Virus record (IMG/VR): IMGVR_UViG_3300015608_002119
Span: 1-64,000 of that record
Strand: one strand, 5' to 3'
Source of the DNA: a virus
Taxonomy: Duplodnaviria > Caudoviricetes
DNA: 64,000 nucleotides
Both the position numbers and the translations under genes were made by a program. The notes below the pieces were generated by a model. It did no database searches. It was given only the letters and a program-made list of their open reading frames with translations, and was not told the DNA's origin. Positions 56,940 to 64,000 of the stretch are shown in pieces. Each line of letters starts with the position of its first letter. Position 1 is the first letter of the stretch.

Positions 56940-57272
56940 ATGGACAACCAGCGCCTTCCGGAAATAAAGGCATGGGTTGAGAGCGACTCAGAGCACCCGG
57001 TCCCAGGCGAACTGGTTGCCGTGGTGATAGACTATGACGCGGAACTGACGGCTCATGGCCCGTTCTTATACATTGCGCGCGTATGCGAACCACCGCCGAT
57101 ATGGGATTACTATGTGTTGCTTGATCAACACGGGCACACACGCAACGTCAACATAGGATTTTGTACCGGGTCGATTCGTGCACATGTTGTGTGCCGCTAC
57201 GAAAACAGGGAACGCGTCCTTGCTGACGGGTTCTTGAAGTCGTACATCGACGCTGCCACTACTGCCAAGTAA
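56940..57272 (+). CDS. Hypothetical protein, paralog 1
   Basis: IKAWVESDSEHPVPGELVAVV. Confidence 0.6.
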   Translation: MDNQRLPEIKAWVESDSEHPVPGELVAVVIDYDAELTAHGPFLYIARVCEPPPIWDYYVLLDQHGHTRNVNIGFCTGSIRAHVVCRYENRERVLADGFLKSYIDAATTAK

Positions 57273-57305
57273 CAACAAAGCTCAGTTCAACTCTTCGGTG
57301 CCTCC

Positions 57306-57656
57306 ATGCCATATAAAACCATGAAAGCGTGGGTTGAAGCCGACACGGAGCACCCTGCCCTGGGTGAGATTGTTTCCTTTGTTGTTGTGGCAACTATGCA
57401 GCATCTAGGTGGCGGTACCATGGTTGATATTCCACACGTATGCGAAATGGTTGATGCGTGCTTGTGCATCGAAATAGTCAACAAGCAATCGCCGCACTGG
57501 AGCTATTATGAGCTACTGGGACCCACAGGCGAGACCTATGCAGTAAACATTTTGTCGGACACGATGCCCAGGGTGTTTATCTGCTGGTACGGGAACGCAT
57601 CAAAGGCATTTTCCCTTGACTTCCTGGAACGCAGCGTGATATGGTCTCCGACATGA
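57306..57656 (+). CDS. Hypothetical protein, paralog 2
   Basis: MKAWVEADTEHPALGEIVSFVV. Confidence 0.6.
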   Translation: MPYKTMKAWVEADTEHPALGEIVSFVVVATMQHLGGGTMVDIPHVCEMVDACLCIEIVNKQSPHWSYYELLGPTGETYAVNILSDTMPRVFICWYGNASKAFSLDFLERSVIWSPT

Positions 57657-58147
57657 GCGCGTACGTACCAAAGCATCGGAATGACGCGGCATATATGGCC
57701 GCGGACGACATTGTTCGGGCGCCGTTTCATCGACACGTTGACATGGCGCTTGCGTTCGCTCGCTCTCATAAGTTTGACGAGAGCCTCGTGGCGCATGTCG
57801 CTGCCGTGATCATCTCTGGTGGGCGTGTTTTGTCGATCGGCTACAACAGCCGTAGCAATTCTGGCTTGCAGGCGGCGTACAAGACGAACCCGAACTGCAC
57901 GAGTATTCACGCAGAGGTCGACGCGATCCTGAATGTCCGACGGAAGATCAACCTCAGAGGTAGCAGGGTGGTCGTGGTGCGCAAGCTCCTGAATGACAGG
58001 GAGAACAACCCTCTCGTGGCGCTTGCTAGGCCGTGCCCTATGTGTGAGGCGGTCTTGCACAGCTACGGCGTCAAGCGGGCCATGTACACGATCGACAATG
58101 GTGCGTACGGGATCATGCGTGTGACGGATCCCAGGGAAGCCCGCTAG
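57653..58147 (+). CDS. Cytidine/dCMP deaminase-fold protein
   Basis: SIGYN, HAEVDAI, ARPCPMC. Confidence 0.85.
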   Translation: MSAYVPKHRNDAAYMAADDIVRAPFHRHVDMALAFARSHKFDESLVAHVAAVIISGGRVLSIGYNSRSNSGLQAAYKTNPNCTSIHAEVDAILNVRRKINLRGSRVVVVRKLLNDRENNPLVALARPCPMCEAVLHSYGVKRAMYTIDNGAYGIMRVTDPREAR

Positions 58148-58237
58148 GGCCTCCAGGCGCCCGAGCAGCGCCAGCAAATATACCGGCCGTGCCTCCGGGC
58201 AGTCAAAACGTTTCAGGCCCCAAAACGGGCGTATAGG
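58146..58237. repeat. Bipartite ~90-bp dispersed element, copy C (intergenic)
   Basis: AGGGCCTCCAGGCGCCCG left arm; CGTTTCAGGCCCCAAAACGGGC at +63. Confidence 0.6.
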
Positions 58238-58260
58238 AAGACGAGGAAGATAATAACACC

Positions 58261-58803
58261 ATGAGCAGCAACGGCGACCATCGGCACGAGGACGAGGACG
58301 GCACCATCACAACGACCAAGACGGTCAAGGTTGCAGTGACCGAGCACCCAAGGCACAAGCGCTACCCTAATTCCGGAACACGTGAGTTCATGTGCGCACA
58401 GATGATGTACGTGGCCGGTGGCGGCGACATCAGTGACAGTCCCAGCAACCGTGAGACGGTCGACCGGTTTGCTGGCACGCTCAGGGTTGGTGATGTCATC
58501 GGCATCGGGAACTATACGTACGTCATCGAGGACCGCGGTGGCGATGGGTGCTCTCCACCGGCATATGCAAAGGACGTGGCACTGGTAGCGCGCAGCACCA
58601 AGACCAAGCAGCTAGCCAGCGTGCCGTACAGCGAGGCTGCAACAGCGCTAGCGATCGGATACGCAGAGATCCTATACCGCGGCGGAAAGCCGTACGGGGT
58701 AGAACTGGAGAAGGAAGTCACTGTGAAGATCGTAGATCGACGCCAAGCACAGCCAGAGGCTGACAGCGGCCAGAAGAACCAACAGGAGGATGCGCCGGTA
58801 TGA
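58261..58803 (+). CDS. Hypothetical protein
   Basis: GAGGA upstream. Confidence 0.6.
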   Translation: MSSNGDHRHEDEDGTITTTKTVKVAVTEHPRHKRYPNSGTREFMCAQMMYVAGGGDISDSPSNRETVDRFAGTLRVGDVIGIGNYTYVIEDRGGDGCSPPAYAKDVALVARSTKTKQLASVPYSEAATALAIGYAEILYRGGKPYGVELEKEVTVKIVDRRQAQPEADSGQKNQQEDAPV

Positions 58804-59330
58804 GCGGGCCAACAGTGATAGACAGTGGCGGCACATCGGATGCGCAGCTCATCAAGAGCCTTCGCAATGATCTTGCTATTGCTCAGACCAGTTTGAACGA
58901 GTACAAGAACGAGAAGTCGTACTACTACAACCAGTATGAACAGTTGAAGCGTAATAACAAGCAAGAGCGTTTCGTACAAAGAATGATCGTTGTTGCCACG
59001 TCGGTCATCGTGTCGTTGTTCGTCGCATTGATTTACGGCAACATCGATCGCCGTGCTGATGCCGAACTGGCGGCGCGGTCGTGGGCGATCGGGTCGCTTG
59101 GGTATCCACGCCAGTCCACAACGGCAGCATGCCGCACTGGCATAATGCGGTATGGCACGCTATGTGTTGTGCGCAGTGGTAATGCGTCAGACGGGCGCGT
59201 GGCATATGTCAACTGTGACGGGTCACGCTGGAACAATGGTGGCTGTTATCCAATACGAGCCCAAATATACTACGGAATTGGCTCTGTCGACGCGCTCGAT
59301 GCACCAGCCTCGACAGCAAACCAGCGCTGA
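58800..59330 (+). CDS. Coiled-coil + transmembrane protein with Cys-containing exterior domain
   Basis: MIVVATSVIVSLFVALIY. Confidence 0.6.
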   Translation: MSGPTVIDSGGTSDAQLIKSLRNDLAIAQTSLNEYKNEKSYYYNQYEQLKRNNKQERFVQRMIVVATSVIVSLFVALIYGNIDRRADAELAARSWAIGSLGYPRQSTTAACRTGIMRYGTLCVVRSGNASDGRVAYVNCDGSRWNNGGCYPIRAQIYYGIGSVDALDAPASTANQR

Positions 59331-59362
59331 TTAGTGTATCATAACGTCTGCACGTTAAACCA

Positions 59363-60286
59363 ATGCAGACACTACAACAGCCGCGGAGGGAGTTCTACGT
59401 TCCTCCGTCCACCCAAGTCATCTTTGTTCAGGACTTCTTCGCATCCGAGCTGATCGGCGGTGCAGAGCTCACGTCCGACGCAATCATCCAAGCCTGCCCG
59501 TACAGGCTGTTTCAGATGCACAGCCATTCCGTAACGGAGTCGATTGTACTGAAGAACAAAGAGAAAGTGTGGGTGTTTGGCAATCAGGTGGGCGTTGCAC
59601 CATGGCTTCTTGACCTGTTCAGGCAGCATAATATCGAATACTACTTCTTCGAGTACGACTTCAAGCCATGCTTATACAGAAGCACAAAGAAACACGAGCT
59701 TGCCACTGGTCGATGTGACTGTCACCTGTTGCCACACGGCAAGTTCATGAGCGAGTGGATGGTTGGGGCGAGGAAGCTGTTCTGGTGCTCTGATGGCCAG
59801 CGTGACAAGTTCTACGGCCTGTACCCACACCTTAAAGGTCGCACGACCGACTTCACGCAAAGCAGTACGTTCTACCCAGACACGGTTAAACGACTTGGTG
59901 AAATTCGTAAAAGGAGGCAGTCTGGTGAGATTGCCGTGCAGGACCACTGGATCATCCTGAACTCCGACTCATGGATCAAGGGTAGGGACGCAAGTGTTCA
60001 ATACTGCCGAGATCACAGCCTGAAATACAAGCTGGTCGGAGGAGTGTCGAACGACGAGTTTATCATGGAACTCGCCTCCAGTAAAGGCATGGTGTTCTTG
60101 CCACTGGACATTGATGTTGGTAGCAGGACACTGACGGAATGTAAGCTGGTTGGTGCTGAGCCGGTTGTCAATGAGTTCGTGCTGCATGCCAAGGAGGACT
60201 GGTTTAATGGCCGCTCGGCGGAAGATATTGAGGCTTACCTCTTGAACGGTCCTGACAGGTTCTGGCGTCAGGTCAGGTCGCTGTAG
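59363..60286 (+). CDS. GT-B glycosyltransferase-like protein
   Basis: GGAELT, WIKG, KGMVFLP..D...R...ECKL.G. Confidence 0.65.
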   Translation: MQTLQQPRREFYVPPSTQVIFVQDFFASELIGGAELTSDAIIQACPYRLFQMHSHSVTESIVLKNKEKVWVFGNQVGVAPWLLDLFRQHNIEYYFFEYDFKPCLYRSTKKHELATGRCDCHLLPHGKFMSEWMVGARKLFWCSDGQRDKFYGLYPHLKGRTTDFTQSSTFYPDTVKRLGEIRKRRQSGEIAVQDHWIILNSDSWIKGRDASVQYCRDHSLKYKLVGGVSNDEFIMELASSKGMVFLPLDIDVGSRTLTECKLVGAEPVVNEFVLHAKEDWFNGRSAEDIEAYLLNGPDRFWRQVRSL

Positions 60287-60636
60287 ATCTGACGGTTCTT
60301 CCTGCCGTAGAAGCGAACCAGCTTGCCTGCCGAACTATTGGCCATATTCTCCCACGGTTGCAGGCCCTCGTCATCGTCTGGAAACTCAACTCCGTCCTCT
60401 AGCTGTTTGCAGTGCGTCAGTTCATGCGCAATGGTGCGCATGATATCCGCCATGGCCCTGTTCTTGACCGCCGCAAAAACCGTTCTGGCCCCGACGTTGA
60501 AATAGCCAGCCGTAGGCATGCCGGTCTGTTTGGCTGCCAGGATAAGGCGCACAGGCCCCTTGATGCCCAACTCCTTGATGCAGTGCTTCGCGAACCGTTC
60601 TACTTCCGCAACGCTGGCTTTGTCTCTGAGGTCCAT
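60268..60636 (-). CDS. Small zincin metallopeptidase
   Basis: RTIAHELTHCKQ...ENMAN; TATTTA box at 60643-60648 (minus strand). Confidence 0.75.
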   Translation of the reverse strand: MDLRDKASVAEVERFAKHCIKELGIKGPVRLILAAKQTGMPTAGYFNVGARTVFAAVKNRAMADIMRTIAHELTHCKQLEDGVEFPDDDEGLQPWENMANSSAGKLVRFYGRKNRQIYSDLT

Positions 60637-60691
60637 TGCCAGTAAATACTGGTTGACTTCAGACTAGGCCAATGCTATAGGTGACAGCACC

Positions 60692-61786
60692 ATGCACTTC
60701 TTCAACTCAAAGGTTACCGGTTACATACCGGAGCGGCTACTCTATGCGGCACGGCCCTTGTCCGTGCATAGGGACTACTGGGAGTCTGACATATTCGCTG
60801 GAGAAGCGGCGAAGGAGACGTTTGACGTACGAGACACGTACGTCGCAGACTTCAACGCCGAGAAGCAACTTGCTTCTGCGCGCTCACGGGCCATGGCCGG
60901 GAGAGAGCCGAACAGCTCGACTGACGAGCAGCAAGTCTACAATGAACCGATCGACGAGGTTAAAATTATCTCTTTGGAGCGCCGCGGTAACGGTGGGCGG
61001 GCGTGGAAGGTACTGATTGACGACACGTACTGCGTCGATCTTCGCGAAGACGTGTTCCTTGATGCCATTCGGAACGGCAATGGAATGGTCAAGGACATGC
61101 TCCGCGGCCCGTTTCGCTGGTGCTACCTTGGCAACAACATGAAGCTTGTGCGTGTTGGCTCGCGACTCTACGAGGCCGCGTTGGATGCGCATGACCGCCG
61201 TAGCAAGCCGAAGATCCTGGCCAGCCAATTGGTTCCTGGCACCATTTATGCCAACTACCGCGGCAACAAACTGCTTTACATGGGCCTAGTCAAGACAAGC
61301 TCATTGCAAGTTGTAGAGCCTGGCTATAACGGTTACTACTGTGGCTATGGCAGCCCCGCCAGAAACACACAGCCTGTTCGTGTCACGATTGACCACAGTA
61401 AGACGGAGGAGTGGTGGGTACAGCTGCGCGACCGGTGCGATATCAAGGAGCTGGTGACCAAGGGCACGTACACGGTCCACGCCCCTTACCAGCACAACCC
61501 AGAGTATTCCTACACTATCTCTCTGGCGTCCGTGTCTGAGTTTGCAAAGCACAAGACCGTACGGTCTGTGGTGGGTACGGTTGACTTTCCGCTTCCGTCG
61601 CTGGAGACCCATCGGAAGAACAGTGCTGTAAGGCAAGATTCCAACCTCATAAACGGGCACACATACGCGAGCTTTATGCTGGCTACGCTGCGTGCTCCAA
61701 CTGATCCGGCACCTGATTTCCAAGCCGTGCTCGACGCAATGTTCGGGCCAAACCACGGTTACAAGATTGTAACCAAAAAGCCCTAA
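60692..61786 (+). CDS. Hypothetical early protein
   Basis: TTGACT promoter at 60653; GGRAWKV, VDLREDV. Confidence 0.65.
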   Translation: MHFFNSKVTGYIPERLLYAARPLSVHRDYWESDIFAGEAAKETFDVRDTYVADFNAEKQLASARSRAMAGREPNSSTDEQQVYNEPIDEVKIISLERRGNGGRAWKVLIDDTYCVDLREDVFLDAIRNGNGMVKDMLRGPFRWCYLGNNMKLVRVGSRLYEAALDAHDRRSKPKILASQLVPGTIYANYRGNKLLYMGLVKTSSLQVVEPGYNGYYCGYGSPARNTQPVRVTIDHSKTEEWWVQLRDRCDIKELVTKGTYTVHAPYQHNPEYSYTISLASVSEFAKHKTVRSVVGTVDFPLPSLETHRKNSAVRQDSNLINGHTYASFMLATLRAPTDPAPDFQAVLDAMFGPNHGYKIVTKKP

Positions 61787-61792
61787 TGATCA

Positions 61793-62371
61793 TTGAATGA
61801 TCATTCAGCAGTAGCCAATGGAACAAGCACTCAAATGATGAACAACAATCATAACAACAAAGCGCGCAGCGACTCCACGGAAAAGACGTGCCAAGCATCA
61901 CGCTGCACACTGTCAAATCTGCGGGCCTGGAAGCATGTTAGTCAGAAACCGTCGCCGGATTACTGGCGCCTGCCATCATGTCCGGTAGCCTCTGTTACAC
62001 CAGAGAAAAGGTCAGCAAGAAAGACAAAACAACAGCAGCAAGCGCCCGTAGAACCACCAGAAGTGCACGTGTCACCGGGGACGCAGTCGCAGGAAAATAA
62101 CAGTGTCCCGGCCACGCAGCACGCCTCACATGTCGGCCAGACCGGTAGTCTTAAAGCAGTTCTGTTGCTAGGCGGTCTGCGCGAGCTGTTTGGTGGCATG
62201 CACGATGACCTTGGAACCGTGTTACAATCTGGTGGTATCTCAGATGAGATGATCGATCAGCTGAAAGATGTTTCTACAGCAATCGGTCTTGTAGTTGAAG
62301 AACTCAACAACTGCCGAGCCCCTTGTTGCGAGCTACATGGCGCCACTGGCGAAAAGTGTAGCTGCGAGTAG
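61793..62371 (+). CDS. Hypothetical protein
   Basis: ORF fills the gap. Confidence 0.5.
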   Translation: MNDHSAVANGTSTQMMNNNHNNKARSDSTEKTCQASRCTLSNLRAWKHVSQKPSPDYWRLPSCPVASVTPEKRSARKTKQQQQAPVEPPEVHVSPGTQSQENNSVPATQHASHVGQTGSLKAVLLLGGLRELFGGMHDDLGTVLQSGGISDEMIDQLKDVSTAIGLVVEELNNCRAPCCELHGATGEKCSCE

Positions 62372-62410
62372 CACTTGCCATCCCGCCTCATCCTGTGGTA
62401 AGCTAGTGCC

Positions 62411-63415
62411 ATGGGAACAACGACAGCAGTAACACCACCAACCACACCAGTCAGCAACAAGCACCTCAAGGTGCTGACTGACAGTATTGCGGCGTATAGG
62501 CAGCGCCCAACCGGGCCTGCTGCCATGCGCACTGAGCCAACGCTCGATACGCTCCTTCAAGATATTAGTTCGCAGGCTGCGCACGGGCTTGACATGTCGG
62601 CACCGACCGATATCGACTACCTCTCGCTGCGGAAGAACGTCTCTTATTCTGAGATTGCCGCGTGGATGGAGTGCAACTGGCGGCACAAGCTAAAGTACCT
62701 TGATGACATCAAGATGGAGGCGGACGGGCCATCCGAACATACCGAATATGGCCAAGCAATGCACGATGCCTTGGAGGAGTTTCTCAAGACAAGAAAGTTC
62801 CCATTGTGTTCTGCTGTTGTTGCTGCCATGAACGCCATGTTTGACGCGCTCCCGGAGCAGCGTAAACTGACATTCAAGCGGTCAGACTTTATCGACACGA
62901 TCGAGCCCGTGCTGTCTGAGGTTCCGAAGTTCATGGACGAGACCTTTGGGCCTGAGTGGGAATACGTGGCCGCAGAGTTTCCACTCATGGAAGCCATAGA
63001 CAACCACAACCACCAGTTCAAGGGATATATTGACGGTATCATCCGGGCTAGGGGTGGGAAGCACAAGAACAAATGGGTGTATTACATTATCGACTGGAAG
63101 TGCAGCAGTTACTTCTGGCCGATGGCAAAGCGTACGGACCCAAAGAAGACCATGCAGCTGATCTTCTACAAGTATTTCTATGCGCGCAAGCTCGGGATCG
63201 ATCCTGACGATATCAAGTGCGGGTTTGTAATCCTGCGTCGTTCCAAGAAGCCAGGAAACTGTCTGTTTGTGCCAGTGTCAGCTGGGCCAGCAGCAACCAA
63301 GCGCGCCCTTGAGACCATAGACACCATGCTCTCATACATTCAGAAGAAGATGTTCCCAAAGAACAGGGAGTCTTGCAAGTATTGCGTTTACAAGGGAACG
63401 GACCACTGCCCATGA
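62411..63415 (+). CDS. PD-(D/E)XK nuclease (Cas4/RecB-like, Fe-S cysteines)
   Basis: SYS......C, G..MH..LE, GYID, IDWK, Q...Y, CKYC......C. Confidence 0.85.
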   Translation: MGTTTAVTPPTTPVSNKHLKVLTDSIAAYRQRPTGPAAMRTEPTLDTLLQDISSQAAHGLDMSAPTDIDYLSLRKNVSYSEIAAWMECNWRHKLKYLDDIKMEADGPSEHTEYGQAMHDALEEFLKTRKFPLCSAVVAAMNAMFDALPEQRKLTFKRSDFIDTIEPVLSEVPKFMDETFGPEWEYVAAEFPLMEAIDNHNHQFKGYIDGIIRARGGKHKNKWVYYIIDWKCSSYFWPMAKRTDPKKTMQLIFYKYFYARKLGIDPDDIKCGFVILRRSKKPGNCLFVPVSAGPAATKRALETIDTMLSYIQKKMFPKNRESCKYCVYKGTDHCP

Positions 63416-64000
63416 CTACGATGACAACAGCGCCTCTTACACCACAGAACAATAGCACTGGCGACGATTATCGATTGCTGGTTAAGTTTCCAACGAGAGG
63501 CCGACCAGAGAAGTTCTTCAAGGTGTTCGATCGATACTACCGAGGCTGCGCCGACCGATCCAGGGTTAAGTTTCTCATCACGGTAGATTGTGATGATGAG
63601 TCCATGCGCTCTGAAAGCGTCGTGAAGCAGCTGCGGGCATACGAGAACATAACCGTCTGCTACGGCCACTCCAAATCAAAGATCGAGGCGGTCAATGCCG
63701 ACATGCACGTTGTCTCCCCAGACGAATATGACATCATCCTGTTGGCGTCCGACGACATGGTGCCGGAGGTAAAAGGCTATGACAGACGCATTCGCGAGGA
63801 AATGGCAAAGACTTACCCAGACACCGACGGCGTGCTCTGGTTCTTTGACGGATATCGTCGTGACTTCAACACGCTAAGCATCCTCGGCAGGAAGTATTAC
63901 GAGCGGTTCGGGTACATCTACCATCCGGGCTATAAGTCGTTTTGGTGTGACAACGAGTTCACAGAGGTAGCAAACCGTCTAGGCAAGCAGACATTCATCG
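63412..64000 (+). CDS. GT-A (family 2-like) glycosyltransferase, runs off the window; absent from ORF track
   Basis: KFPTRGRP, DCDD, SKIEAVNADM, LLASDDMVP translated by hand from ATG 63412. Confidence 0.75.
   Translation, partial: MTTMTTAPLTPQNNSTGDDYRLLVKFPTRGRPEKFFKVFDRYYRGCADRSRVKFLITVDCDDESMRSESVVKQLRAYENITVCYGHSKSKIEAVNADMHVVSPDEYDIILLASDDMVPEVKGYDRRIREEMAKTYPDTDGVLWFFDGYRRDFNTLSILGRKYYERFGYIYHPGYKSFWCDNEFTEVANRLGKQTFI

Noticed and set aside
62411-63415. Cas4-like gene as evidence of CRISPR-Cas
   Set aside because: No repeat-spacer array or other cas genes; solo Cas4-like nucleases are common in phages
1-64000. Stop-codon reassignment, tRNAs, DGR/retron
   Set aside because: Conserved genes are full length in the standard code and use all three stops; no cloverleaf or reverse-transcriptase motifs were seen by eye

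Overview
This window is a 64-kb internal segment of a large, myovirus-like (jumbo) dsDNA phage genome using the standard genetic code. It encodes replication and recombination genes (prim-pol, DnaB/gp41-like helicase, 5'-3' exonuclease, compact family-A polymerase, gp32-like SSB, RecA, Cas4/RecB-like nuclease). It also encodes nucleotide metabolism (DHFR, ThyA, Tdk, dUTPase, intein-containing class II RNR, deaminase, NUDIX), proteostasis (DnaJ, ClpP, Hsp20), a tRNA thiouridylase MnmA, glycosyltransferases and a tail/baseplate block with a tape measure protein. Five signals go beyond the gene list. (1) A cluster at about 7.3-17.7 kb, plus scattered genes, encodes stand-alone effector-like domains (ART-like, GNAT-like, metallopeptidase-like, glycosylase-like). 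These share a TA(T/C/G)TTA upstream box and hydrophobic-x-E leader motifs, consistent with protease-matured cargo packaged into the virion; one is an apparent polyprotein. (2) A bipartite element of about 90 bp occurs three times, twice inside unrelated genes. (3) An 18-bp exact repeat with a purine tail occurs three times at about 17-kb spacing. (4) A likely programmed +1 frameshift lies in the tail/baseplate chaperone gene. (5) A TTGACT-N17/18-TAnnnT promoter class often drives near-leaderless genes. No tRNA, rRNA, CRISPR array, integrase or reverse transcriptase was seen. All protein calls come from reading motifs by eye, not from database searches.
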